A stretch of DNA of 64,000 nucleotides from Candidatus Eremiobacteria bacterium (GTDB lineage: Bacteria > Vulcanimicrobiota > Vulcanimicrobiia > Vulcanimicrobiales > Vulcanimicrobiaceae). This document shows, one piece after another, positions 28,705 to 38,740 of the stretch (positions are counted from its first letter, which is position 1; the number at the start of each line of letters is the position of its first letter). The DNA is taken from NCBI GenBank assembly GCA_963758295.1, contig CAVWUU010000001.1, forward strand, positions 64,001 through 128,000, in the 5' to 3' direction. The notes beneath the pieces were generated by a model that saw nothing but the letters and a program-made list of their open reading frames with translations, had not been told where the DNA came from and searched no databases. The translations under genes were made by a program, and so were the position numbers.

Positions 28705-29402
28705 GCGGCCCGGCTTTCGTTGCGTTTGTCACTGACAATGTGACCGTCGCGGAACGTCACGATGCGTTTTGCATGCATTGCGATGTCCGCCTCGTGCGTC
28801 ACGAGCATGATGGTGATGCCTTGCTCGCGATTGAGCCCTTGGAAGATGCGCATCACGTCTTCCGAGGTTTTCGTGTCGAGCGCGCCCGTCGGTTCGTCGG
28901 CGAGAATAAGCCCCGGATTATTGACGAGCGATCGTGCGATGGCGACGCGTTGCTGCTGGCCGCCCGACATCTGGTTCGGATGGTGGCCGGCGAGATGATC
29001 GACGCCCACGATCTTCATTTTTTCAAGCGCAATGCGCTTGCGTTCCGCATCCGGAACCCCGGCGTAGACCATTGGTAACTCGACGTTTTCGAGTGCGCTC
29101 GTGCGCGGTAGCAAGTTATACGACTGGAACACGAACCCGAGGCGGCGGCTGCGGATGTCGGCCCGCGCGTCGGCATCGAGATTCGATGCATCGGTGCCTT
29201 CAAAGTAGTACGTTCCGCTGGTCGGATTGTCGAGCAATCCCGTGATTTGCATGAACGTCGACTTGCCGGAACCCGACGGTCCCATGACGGCGACGAATTC
29301 ACCGCGATCGATTTGGAGATCGACCCCGCCGAGGGCGACGACTTGCGCGTCGCCCAACGTGTACACCTTGCGAAGGTTTTGAACGCGTACGACCGGTTCC
29401 AT
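28701..29402 (-). CDS. MacB/LolD-type ABC ATP-binding subunit
   Basis: GPSGSGKST, SGGQQQRVAIAR, LADEPTGALD; ATG 29402 lies in a TAATG junction. Confidence 0.9.
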   Translation of the reverse strand: MEPVVRVQNLRKVYTLGDAQVVALGGVDLQIDRGEFVAVMGPSGSGKSTFMQITGLLDNPTSGTYYFEGTDASNLDADARADIRSRRLGFVFQSYNLLPRTSALENVELPMVYAGVPDAERKRIALEKMKIVGVDHLAGHHPNQMSGGQQQRVAIARSLVNNPGLILADEPTGALDTKTSEDVMRIFQGLNREQGITIMLVTHEADIAMHAKRIVTFRDGHIVSDKRNESRAA

Positions 29403-30998
29403 TACGGAATCCCCCGCATGCCGCGAGCCACTTGAGCCACCACCGGTGAGCGGCGAGCCGCCGCTTTGCGTACGCTGTCCTTGGCCGCTGCGGGCGCTCC
29501 GTGTGCCGGAGAAGGCGGTGACGACGTTATCGGTTTCGCTCAGCGTCGACCCGTCGACCGGCGTCACGGCGGCCTGTGCAGCGGTGACGAGATTTACGTG
29601 GACTTTCACGCGTTGGATCTTGCCGCTGCGCTGCACCATCAGCGATGCATCCGATCCGGCGGCGACGCTTCCGCCCGCATTTCCGCTCGACGTTTGTCCC
29701 CACGGCGACTGCGCGCCGGCCGAAGCCGCTGTACTGCTTGGTGCGGTTGCCGTCGATGCGCTGCGCGCGCCGGTGTTGCTGCCGCCCTGGTGCAGCGCCG
29801 TGAGCGGCACCACCAGCGAGTTGTTGGCACTGGCAACATTGATGGTTGCGTTGGCCGTCATACCGGGGAGCAACTTTCCATCAGTGTTGTTGACGTCGAC
29901 GATCACTTGATACGTCACGACGTTGTTCACGGTTTGCGGGTTGATGCGCACTTCACCGACCGTTCCTTGGAACGTTTGGTTCGGGTAGGCAAGGACGCTG
30001 AAGTTCACGGTATCGCCGGGCTTGACGTTGCCGATGTCCGGCTCGCCGACGTTGATGTCGACTTCCATCTTGCGCAGGTCTTGCGCGATCGTGAAGAGCG
30101 TTGGCGTCTGCAGCGAAGCGGCAACCGTCTGTCCTACCGAAACCGCGCGTGAGACCACCGTGCCGTCAACCGGCGAGGTGATCACCGTGCGATCGAGGTT
30201 AAGCTGATCTTGTTTCAGCGTAGCCTGCGCGGCAGAGATCGATGCGCGAGCGGCTTCTGCGGTAGCAGCTTGGCCTTGCGCTTGCGAGGCGTTTTGGTTG
30301 ATCGTCGCTGCGCTGGCCGCCGCTTGCGCGCGAGCTTGTGCGACCGCAGCCTGGGCTGCGGCTACCGCTGCTTGGGCTTGCGTTAGGTTCGAACGGTCGG
30401 TATCGACCGTCGATTGCGGCATGTAGCCCTGCTTCAGCAGCGTGGTGTCGCGATTGAACTGTTGCTGCGCGAGCGTAAGCGCGTCTTGCGATTTGGCAAC
30501 GTTGGCTTGCGCGGTTTGAATCGCCGCATCTTGCGCTGCTGCATTCGCGTTCGCTACGTTAACCGTTGCGCCGGCACCCGATGCGTTCGCGCTGGCTGCA
30601 TTGGCTTGCGCCTGCGCTTGGGCAACGGCGGCATTTGCCTGATCGACCTGCGCTTGGAGCGTGCTGGGATCGATTTTCGCCAGCACTTGGCCTTTTCGGA
30701 CCTTGGAATTGAAGTCGACGTCGAGTTCGGAGATCGTTCCCGAAACCTGCGTGCCGACGGTGATCGTGTTCTGTGCGTTAACCGTGCCCGATGCCGTCAC
30801 GCTCTGAACTAACGTCTGACGAACGACGGGTTGGGTGGTAACTTGAACTTGACTATGCGCGCGAGAGACGGCCGTGGCAGCCACGATTCCCGCAACGAGC
30901 AGAACGGCGATTCCGATATAAAGCCATTTAGGGATGCCTCGGAGCGACCTCCCTATGTTTCCGAATCCCGGTGATAGCGGCAACGATTGAGCTGACAT
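29402..30998 (-). CDS. MacA-like periplasmic adaptor (membrane fusion protein); reads in-frame into the ATPase as assembled
   Basis: VGTQVSGTI, long Ala/Gln coiled coil, ITSPVDGTV, VGQTVAASLQTPTLF, LLPGMTA. Confidence 0.9.
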
Positions 30999-31140
30999 GC
31001 GAATTCCTCCGCTGCCAGAATAGGTCGCCGACTTGAGGCTTCGTGGTGAATTTCATGAAGCTGGCGTGAGAAGCAGTGAAGGGACGCGTTAGCCGGGTAT
31101 TCTGATAAAAAGCAGAGATCGTGATTTCGGGGAGACTCGC

Positions 31141-31695
31141 ATGCTTTACGCAATGCTGTTAGCCGCAACGGTAGCCGCAACCTCAATGTCGCCGGGCGCG
31201 GCGGGAGAATCGCACGGGAAATATCTTGGCAAACCGGACCTGGCGCTCACGGTGCAAATGATCGAAGCCGGCGGTGGTCCCGCGCAGTTCTCGTCTCAAA
31301 AACTCTTCGCGTATTTGGCGGGCTCTAAAACCTCCGCCGAAGCGAAGTCTCTAACGCAGCGCTACGGCGCGTCGAATATCTCGCAATTCTTCAAAACATT
31401 CGATCGCTTTGTTCATCTTGCGGTCGCGCAAGTGCAAACTCAGCATATCGCGTTGCCGCCGGCTAAGCCGGCCCCGCCGGCCGTGCTTGCAAACAGCCTG
31501 TATCGCGCCGGCGTGATGCCCGACGGGCGGTATGACGTCGGATACATGCTCGAACGCCTACTCTCGCGACCGATGCACGTAACGCTGATGCGGAACGTAA
31601 ACGACGACCCGGCTTTCGGCGCGCAAAAGAATGCACAATTCCACGTGATCCTCACTGCGGCAATGAAAGATCTGCACAAAGCGTACGGAGAATAG
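31141..31695 (+). CDS. Secreted hypothetical protein
   Basis: GGGGAG RBS, signal peptide, helical body. Confidence 0.7.
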   Translation: MLYAMLLAATVAATSMSPGAAGESHGKYLGKPDLALTVQMIEAGGGPAQFSSQKLFAYLAGSKTSAEAKSLTQRYGASNISQFFKTFDRFVHLAVAQVQTQHIALPPAKPAPPAVLANSLYRAGVMPDGRYDVGYMLERLLSRPMHVTLMRNVNDDPAFGAQKNAQFHVILTAAMKDLHKAYGE

Positions 31696-31697
31696 CG

Positions 31698-32219
31698 ATG
31701 CGCTTACCGGGTGCTTTGCTGATTCTTGTTCTCGCGGGATGCGCGAACGGAACCTCGCACTCCGCCTCAGCGTCCCCGATTGCGCTCTCGACGGCGCCGG
31801 GAAACGTTGTCATCGGCATTTCTGCGCTTCAACGCGGCGCGCAAATACAGCGCCTTTCCTACACGGGCCACTGGGAGTTCGTCTCGAATCGAAAAGACGG
31901 GCGGTTCGAAGGTGCAAGTGCGCGTTCGTTTCATGTGGGCGACGCTTTGACCCTCGTGTTTCGTGGAAACCGGATACGCCTCTACGGTGTTACCGGCCCG
32001 GGCGGAGGGAATGGAACGATTATTGTCGCCGGCCAGCCTGCGCACACGGTTTCATTCTATTCCGCAAAGAAGGCGACGCATCGGCTCGTTTTCGACAGCG
32101 GAGAACTCAGAGGCGACTTTCAGAGCGCGGGACTGGTCGTTTCATCGGCCGGGCGTGAACGCCCCAACGGCTATGTAAACGTCGACGAAGTCGAAATTCT
32201 GTCGAAACAGGCTCGTTAG
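31698..32219 (+). CDS. Lipoprotein with beta-sandwich (carbohydrate-binding-like) domain
   Basis: Lipobox LAGC; YTGHW...F.GNRIRLYG..GPGGG...VNVDEV. Confidence 0.65.
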   Translation: MRLPGALLILVLAGCANGTSHSASASPIALSTAPGNVVIGISALQRGAQIQRLSYTGHWEFVSNRKDGRFEGASARSFHVGDALTLVFRGNRIRLYGVTGPGGGNGTIIVAGQPAHTVSFYSAKKATHRLVFDSGELRGDFQSAGLVVSSAGRERPNGYVNVDEVEILSKQAR

Positions 32220-34180
32220 GAAGCGTGCGCCGCGATGAAATGTTGCATCGGAACCGGGCGGCCGAAATGGTAGCCTTGCAGCTCGCGGCATCCGATATCG
32301 CGTAAAAATGTCGCCTGTCCAGCCGTTTCTACGCCTTCGCCGATAAGGTTCATATTCAGCGATTCTGCGAGCGTGGTAACGGTACGGCAGATCGCGCGGC
32401 TGTACCCGTCGGATTCTGCGTCGCGCACGAATGCGCGGTCGATCTTAATGCACGAAACCGGATACGACTTCAGGTAGCTCAACGTGTTGTAACCGGTTCC
32501 GAAATCGTCGATCGCGACGCTCACGCCTTGCCGCCGCAATTCTTGCAACGTCGACGCAGCCGTGGGCACGTCGTCGATAAAAATCTGTTCCGTCATTTCC
32601 AATTGCAATTGCGAGGGACTCCAACCCGAAGATGCAAGCGCGGCGGCAACGTCGCCGATTAGCGCCGACGATTGAACGTGACGTGGCGAAATGTTAACGT
32701 TCATGCGAATCTTGCCGCCGAGCGATGCTCCCATGGTCACGGCATCGCGGCACGCTCGCTCGAGCGCCCACCGGCCGATGTTTACGACGTTGTCGCTTTC
32801 CTCCGCGACGTTCAAGAACGCGTCGGGCGAAAGCAAACCGAGGTCGGGATGCTTCCAACGTAACAATGCCTCCGCCGCGATAAGGCGCCCGCTCCCTGCG
32901 TCAATGAGCGGCTGGTAGTACATCACAAATTCATCGCGCGCGACCGCCTTCGTTAGATCCCGCTCGATGCGACTGCGAGCGCTCAAGCGTTGCTCCAGAT
33001 CGGAGTGGTATCGGGCGACCGTTCCGCGCGCCGACTTCTTCGCGTCCAGCAGCGCGATGCCGGCATTCTGAAGCAACAAGTCGCCGCTACCGTCCTGCGG
33101 ATACTCGGCGATGCCGACTTTCACATGCAGTTGATATTGGTTTTGATCGACCGTGAACGGCATCTCGAGGCGCCAGCGCAGGTTATCGATGATCTGCTGG
33201 GCGCTATCGGACTGCTTCGATTCCAATAGCAAGCACGCAAATTCGTCGGCTCCTAACCTGCCCACGCAATGTCCGAGCTGCTCCAGAAAGCGCAAACGTT
33301 CTGCAACCGCGCACAAGAGCCGGTCGCCCACCGAATGACCGACCACGTCGTTGATCTGCGCGAAACGATCGATGTCGATCAGCACGAGCGTGGCCTTGAC
33401 CGCCGCATCGCTCGTGGTCTCTTTCAGCTTCTCGATAAAAATGTGGCGATTCAACAAGCCCGTCAGCGGATCGTGCCGTTCCAAAAACTCGACCGTGCTC
33501 CGCGCCATCACCTGTTCCGTGATGTCGACGACCGTGCCGACGATACGCTGAATCTCACCGAAACGATCGCGTAGAAACGACGCGTGGGTTCGCAAATGGC
33601 GCGTGCCTTGCTCGGGATGCGCGATGCGATATTCCAGGCGCAGTTCGGCGTCCAGCGCGGCCGCGTCGCGTTGCTTGGCGAAAATGCGCCGGTCGTCTTC
33701 GTGCACGCGTTCGGCGGCGGCTTCGAACGGAATGCGTGCTTGCGCGCGGTCGAATCCCCACATACGCGCGAACGCCGGCGTGGTGTTGATCGTCATCGTC
33801 GGCACTTCGAGAACGAAGTGTGCAGAGGACGTCACGTCTTGCGAGCGCGCAAGGGCATCGCGCAGCTCGTGCAACTCGGCACAGTCGTTGCCGGCGATGA
33901 TGACGCTCGCAATGCGGCCCGACTCGTCGCGCAGAGGAAGAATTTCGCCGCTGAATTCGTGAGCGCCGACGCGCCAGCGGGAAAAACGCATCGGCCGTCC
34001 TTCGAACGCGAGACGCACGACGGCGCATACGTGGCGCGTGTCGCTCCACGGCAGCGCTTCCAACGTAGCGAACTTCTTGCGGGCCAGCGATTCGGGAACG
34101 ACGGAAGAAGAGACACCTAAACTACGGTCGACGACCAGCAGCAGGGTCGGGATGGGCGCGTTGCTCTGCCGAGGCGCCAT
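32216..34180 (-). CDS. PAS-GGDEF-EAL c-di-GMP signalling protein
   Basis: PAS (VHEDDR...DITE), HDPLTGLLNR, GADEF, EALLRW, DDFGTGY, EGVET. Confidence 0.92.
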   Translation of the reverse strand: MAPRQSNAPIPTLLLVVDRSLGVSSSVVPESLARKKFATLEALPWSDTRHVCAVVRLAFEGRPMRFSRWRVGAHEFSGEILPLRDESGRIASVIIAGNDCAELHELRDALARSQDVTSSAHFVLEVPTMTINTTPAFARMWGFDRAQARIPFEAAAERVHEDDRRIFAKQRDAAALDAELRLEYRIAHPEQGTRHLRTHASFLRDRFGEIQRIVGTVVDITEQVMARSTVEFLERHDPLTGLLNRHIFIEKLKETTSDAAVKATLVLIDIDRFAQINDVVGHSVGDRLLCAVAERLRFLEQLGHCVGRLGADEFACLLLESKQSDSAQQIIDNLRWRLEMPFTVDQNQYQLHVKVGIAEYPQDGSGDLLLQNAGIALLDAKKSARGTVARYHSDLEQRLSARSRIERDLTKAVARDEFVMYYQPLIDAGSGRLIAAEALLRWKHPDLGLLSPDAFLNVAEESDNVVNIGRWALERACRDAVTMGASLGGKIRMNVNISPRHVQSSALIGDVAAALASSGWSPSQLQLEMTEQIFIDDVPTAASTLQELRRQGVSVAIDDFGTGYNTLSYLKSYPVSCIKIDRAFVRDAESDGYSRAICRTVTTLAESLNMNLIGEGVETAGQATFLRDIGCRELQGYHFGRPVPMQHFIAAHAS

Positions 34181-34343
34181 CAGGACGCCGTCCCCCTTAA
34201 GAAGCACGAGCCAACACGATTCACGAGCGAGCGCGAACCCGGTGCCCAAAAAAATCGCAGCATCCGCCGCGGGAATTGCTGGAACCGTTGCACCGAGCCG
34301 CTCGCTATCCCTGCGTTCCTAGTGGCGCTCGCTTCCTAAATAG

Positions 34344-34958
34344 CTAAAGCGTGCGCCGCCCTTCCAGAGCTTTGGCGAGCGTAACCTCGTCGGCATAGTC
34401 CAGATCACCACCAATCGGGAGTCCGTAGGCCAGACGCGTAACGATCGCGCCCAACGGCTGTAGAAGGCGCGATAGGTATAATGCGGTGGCTTCCCCTTCG
34501 GCGTTTGGGTTCGTCGCCAGAATGATTTCATGCGGCGCCTCGGCACCGATCCGCTCGATAAGTTCTTTCACGCGCAATTGCGCCGGACCAATGCCGTCCA
34601 TCGGTGAGATCAGGCCGCCTAGCACGTGGTAACGGCCCTTGAATGCGCTCGTCCGTTCGATTGCGTAGATGTCCTTGGCTTCGGCCACCACGCAGACTAT
34701 TTTCGCGTCGCGGCGGTCGTCCGTGCAAAGATCGCATGGGTCTTCTTCCGTCAGCGAAAAGCACACCGAACAAAAACGAACCTTGTCTTTAACGGCAAGG
34801 ATCGCTTCAGCGAGAGATTGCGCTTCGTGCCGCGGACGGTTCAGCAAGTAAAAGACAAGCCGCGCCGCCGTTTTAGGGCCCACCGTAGGCAGCTTGGAAA
34901 ACTCGTTGATGAGCGCTTGGACAGGACCGGCAACGCTGCCGCTGGTTCGCGTGCTCAC
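34344..34958 (-). CDS. recR: Recombination mediator RecR
   Basis: LPTVGPKTAARL, C4 zinc finger, YHVLGG, ATNPNAEGEATA. Confidence 0.97.
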   Translation of the reverse strand: MSTRTSGSVAGPVQALINEFSKLPTVGPKTAARLVFYLLNRPRHEAQSLAEAILAVKDKVRFCSVCFSLTEEDPCDLCTDDRRDAKIVCVVAEAKDIYAIERTSAFKGRYHVLGGLISPMDGIGPAQLRVKELIERIGAEAPHEIILATNPNAEGEATALYLSRLLQPLGAIVTRLAYGLPIGGDLDYADEVTLAKALEGRRTL

Positions 34959-35263
34959 ATCAAGCCGGGAATGCGCATACCGCCCGTCAGGCCGCCCATG
35001 CGGGATTGCGCTTTTTCCGACGCCTTCGTCAGCGCGTCGTTCACCGCGACCGTAACGAGGTCTTCGAGCGTTTCGATATCTTCGGGATCGACCGCATCGG
35101 CGCCGATCTTAATGGACTTCATCCGCTGATCGCACGTCATTTCTACGGTCACGACACCGTTCGCAGCGGTGCCCGATACAACGGTGTTCGCAAGCTCTTC
35201 TTGCGCCTTTACCATCTCGGATTGCATCTTTTTGACTTGCGCCATCAATTGCGCTTGATTCAT
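34955..35263 (-). CDS. ybaB: YbaB/EbfC nucleoid-associated protein
   Basis: DPEDIETLEDLV; canonical position between dnaX and recR. Confidence 0.95.
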   Translation of the reverse strand: MNQAQLMAQVKKMQSEMVKAQEELANTVVSGTAANGVVTVEMTCDQRMKSIKIGADAVDPEDIETLEDLVTVAVNDALTKASEKAQSRMGGLTGGMRIPGLM

Positions 35264-36912
35264 CGTTCAGGCATCCGTTCGTTGGCGTAGTTGAATAGAA
35301 CGTCGACATCTTCGCCCGGATCATCTTCCGGCGCGGGTGCTTCGGCGGCTCGGGGCGCGCTTTTCGCGCTGCCGTCCACCCTTGTCATTACTTTCAACGG
35401 CGTACCCAGCGTATCCGCGATGGCCGTCTCCAGCAGTTTCACGTGATCTTTCAAGATGTCGGCACTGAAACTGTCCGGCAACTTGAGAACGACGGCGTTG
35501 CCCTCCACGCTGTCGACAAGCGTACGTGAAAGCGGTATGCGCAGCGACGCGCGTTCGCTTTCCGCCTTTCCGCGGATGTTGTTCCAGGCCGCGCGGACTT
35601 TTTGCACGGTCACCGGACCGCCGGCGGCCGCCGGACGGCTGGGCGCCGTTTCAGCTTTCGGTTCCCGCATAGGTGCCGGTGCAGCCGCCGGTTCAGGCTG
35701 CGGCTCCGCTTTGGGTTCGGCCACTTTGGCGGCCGGGCGTTTCGGCTCCGCAGACGGCGACGCAACGGCGCGCACGCCGCCCTCTTCTAACGCGGCAAGC
35801 CGCGCGGAAATCGCTTCGAGCGTCGGATCTTCCGATGCCAAGACGAAACGCAAAAGCGCCGTTTCCAGTTCAAGGCGCGCGTTGCCGCCGGTTCGCGCAA
35901 GATTTGCGGCATCGCTGAGCACGCGCAACGCGCGAACGATCGAGGCTTGCGGGACGCTTTGGGCACGTTCCGTTGCGCGCTGGGCGTCTTCGGGCGCCAG
36001 GTCGCGCGAAAGCAATTCCGGATTTACGCGCGCAACGAGGAGATTGCGGAATCCCGCAATCAGCGATCGTGTGAGCACCTGCATGTCGGCGCCCGAGTCG
36101 CTCGCCTCTTCGATGACACGCAGGACGGTCGAAGCGTCGCGGCTCAACACGGCGTCCAACAGAATGTTGGCATAGCCCCGGCCGCTCGCACCGAAGGCCA
36201 GTTCGATTGTGGCCGTCGTGATGGCCCCTTCCGCAAAGGCCGCCGCCTGCTCGAGCATGGTCAATGCGTCACGCAACCCGCCGTCCGCGCGATACGCAAT
36301 TGCAGCAAGCGCCGTTTCGTCGATTTGAATTCCTTCGTACGCCGCAATTTCGCGCATGCGTTCGATCATCACCGGAATCGAAATCCGGCGGAACGCGTAG
36401 CGCTGGCAGCGCGAAAGAATCGTGACGGGCAGCTTCTCCGGCTCGGTCGTGGCCAAAATGAACACCGCATGTGCGGGCGGCTCTTCGAGCGTTTTCAGAA
36501 ACGCGTTCGCACCCTCTTTGGTGAGCATGTGCGCTTCATCGATAATGTACACTTTCATGCGCATCGCCGAAGGCGCAAATTTCACGGCATCGCGAAGCGC
36601 GCGGATCTCGTCGATTCCGCGGTTGCTGGCCGCGTCGATCTCGAGAACGTCGAGCGCGGTTCCGTTCAGCATCGCGACGCAGTTCTCGCAGGTATTGTCG
36701 GGATGAGCGGTCGGGCCGTGTTCGCAATTGATGCAGCGCGCAAGAATTTTTGCCGCCGACGTCTTTCCGGAACCACGCGGTCCGGAGAACATATAGGCGT
36801 GCGCGAGTTTTCCGCCTTCAATAGCGGAAGTAAGAGTGCGGACGACCGCGTCTTGCCCGACGAGGTCAGCGAACGACTTCGGGCGCCAGGTACGGTAAAG
36901 GGACACGCCCAT
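35260..36912 (-). CDS. dnaX: DNA polymerase III subunit gamma/tau
   Basis: LYRTWRPKSF, GPRGSGKT, EIDAASNRG, IIDEAHML, SRC. Confidence 0.97.
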   Translation of the reverse strand: MGVSLYRTWRPKSFADLVGQDAVVRTLTSAIEGGKLAHAYMFSGPRGSGKTSAAKILARCINCEHGPTAHPDNTCENCVAMLNGTALDVLEIDAASNRGIDEIRALRDAVKFAPSAMRMKVYIIDEAHMLTKEGANAFLKTLEEPPAHAVFILATTEPEKLPVTILSRCQRYAFRRISIPVMIERMREIAAYEGIQIDETALAAIAYRADGGLRDALTMLEQAAAFAEGAITTATIELAFGASGRGYANILLDAVLSRDASTVLRVIEEASDSGADMQVLTRSLIAGFRNLLVARVNPELLSRDLAPEDAQRATERAQSVPQASIVRALRVLSDAANLARTGGNARLELETALLRFVLASEDPTLEAISARLAALEEGGVRAVASPSAEPKRPAAKVAEPKAEPQPEPAAAPAPMREPKAETAPSRPAAAGGPVTVQKVRAAWNNIRGKAESERASLRIPLSRTLVDSVEGNAVVLKLPDSFSADILKDHVKLLETAIADTLGTPLKVMTRVDGSAKSAPRAAEAPAPEDDPGEDVDVLFNYANERMPER

Positions 36913-37033
36913 GGATTCGGGCTGTCCGTTTGGCGGCGCCTGCCTGCGGGTACTAGCATTAAGCTAAAGGTAATGCTTTTATATCCGCCGGTGCGCTATG
37001 CTCACTCGGTGGGGAGGCTATAGGAACAGCGTC

Positions 37034-38701
37034 GTGAATTTGCGCGCTGCGCTTACGGAAAAATTCGGGTTCGAGTCTTTTTACCCGGGCCAGGAAGAAG
37101 TTGTCTCGCGTGTCATCGCGGGACAAGATACGCTTGCCATTTTGGCAACCGGTGCCGGCAAAAGTCTCACCTATCAGCTGCCGGCGCTTCTGCTCGAAGG
37201 AACCACGGTCGTCGTTAGCCCGCTCATCGCGCTGATGAAAGATCAGCTCGACATGCTCAAAGAGCGCGGCATTACCGACGTGGTGGCGCTGAACTCCACG
37301 CTTTCCGAAGATCAAGAGATTCGCGCTCGCGAGCGTATTGCGGCGAAGAACATCAAAATCGTTTACACCACGCCCGAAAAGCTCGAAGATCAGACGTTTC
37401 TGCAATTGCTTCAGTCGATCGAGACGCCGCTTTTCGTCGTGGACGAAGCGCATTGTATCTCGCAGTGGGGCCACGATTTTCGTCCGGCCTATCTCGCGCT
37501 CGGCTCCGTCATCAAGCGTCTCGGCCAGCCGACGGTCCTCGCGCTAACCGCAACGGCAACTCCGGCGGTTCGTGAAGACATTCTGCATCAACTCGGAATC
37601 GAACACGTGAAGCCGATCGTCAAAGGCTTCGACCGGCCGAACTTGGTGTACGAAGCACGTAAAGCCGATAAAGAAGCCGACAAGCTCAAGACGCTCAGCC
37701 AAATCTTCACCGGCGCCAATGCTTTAGAAGGCACCGGCATTATCTACACGGCGACCATCAAGAATGCTTTAGAAGTTCAGCACTACCTCACGGATACGCT
37801 GAACATTCCGGCCGCGGTTTACCATTCGAAGCTTCACAAAGAAGACCGCACGCTGGTTCATGAATGCTTTATGAACGAGACGATCCGCGCCGTCGTAGCG
37901 ACGAACGCCTTTGGGCTCGGTATCGACAAGCCGAATATCCGCTTCGTCGTCCATTATGATTTGCCGGGCTCGCTGGAAGCCTACACGCAAGAAGCGGGAC
38001 GCTCCGGCCGCGACGGCGAGAAATCGCGCTGCATTCTCATCTATCGCATGAGCGACACGCGCGTGCAAAACTACTTCCTCACCGGCAAGTATCCGGATAT
38101 TGAAGAAGTGCAGCGCGTCTTCGGAACGATCGAAGTTTTCGGCGGCCAGGAAGAGGGCGTATCGATGACCGATTTGCGCAAGATCCTCCAGCTGCCGCTC
38201 ACTAAGCTCAAAGTCATCCTTGCATTGCTGAAAAAATCCGGCTACGTCGAGATGACTGGCAAGTCGAAGTACGGCTTAACGGAAGCGGTTCGCAAGAATC
38301 GCGATCTCGTGTTGAGTTTGGCGAATTACGAAACGAAGAAATCGTACGACCAGTCGAAGCTCGCTATGATGCTGCAGTACGCCGAGAACACGTCGTGCCG
38401 GCGGCGCTTCATCTTGAATTACTTTGGCGAAGACTTCGATCTGCCGAATTGCGCGAAGTGCGATAACTGCCTGCGCGCCGCGGCCGTTCCCAAACTCGCG
38501 ACGGGGGCCTCGGCGTCGATTGCGGCCGCACTTCCTTCGGGGTCCTACCGAATTTCCGACGTGGTCACGCACCCTAAGTTCGGTACCGGGACGATCGAGC
38601 GCGCCGAAAAAGACCTCGTGACCGTACTCTTTCCGAACGTCGGATACAAAACGCTGTTGGCCTCGGCGGTAAGCCGGGCTGAAGCGGCGAAGATCGCGTA
38701 A
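37034..38701 (+). CDS. recQ: RecQ family ATP-dependent DNA helicase
   Basis: [40 protein letters not shown]...C..CDNC. Confidence 0.92.
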   Translation: MNLRAALTEKFGFESFYPGQEEVVSRVIAGQDTLAILATGAGKSLTYQLPALLLEGTTVVVSPLIALMKDQLDMLKERGITDVVALNSTLSEDQEIRARERIAAKNIKIVYTTPEKLEDQTFLQLLQSIETPLFVVDEAHCISQWGHDFRPAYLALGSVIKRLGQPTVLALTATATPAVREDILHQLGIEHVKPIVKGFDRPNLVYEARKADKEADKLKTLSQIFTGANALEGTGIIYTATIKNALEVQHYLTDTLNIPAAVYHSKLHKEDRTLVHECFMNETIRAVVATNAFGLGIDKPNIRFVVHYDLPGSLEAYTQEAGRSGRDGEKSRCILIYRMSDTRVQNYFLTGKYPDIEEVQRVFGTIEVFGGQEEGVSMTDLRKILQLPLTKLKVILALLKKSGYVEMTGKSKYGLTEAVRKNRDLVLSLANYETKKSYDQSKLAMMLQYAENTSCRRRFILNYFGEDFDLPNCAKCDNCLRAAAVPKLATGASASIAAALPSGSYRISDVVTHPKFGTGTIERAEKDLVTVLFPNVGYKTLLASAVSRAEAAKIA

Positions 38702-38740
38702 AATAGCTAACGCTCAAACTAAAGGGTGATTTGAGGTAAC

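Noticed and set aside
30200..30660. Repetitive GCTTGCGC-like sequence
   Set aside because: Explained by the Ala/Gln coiled coil of the MacA-like protein; not a DNA repeat array or CRISPR.
35260..36912. Programmed -1 frameshift in dnaX
   Set aside because: No A-AAA-AAG or poly-A slippery site noticed in the linker region.
35947..37023. 358-aa antisense ORF over dnaX (likewise 2256-3155, 50164-51195, 60678-61580)
   Set aside because: Typical shadow ORFs of GC-rich genes, with no recognisable motifs.
36913..37033. SRP RNA or tRNA upstream of dnaX
   Set aside because: No SRP GGAA tetraloop helix or tRNA cloverleaf recognised; the gap reads as a divergent promoter.
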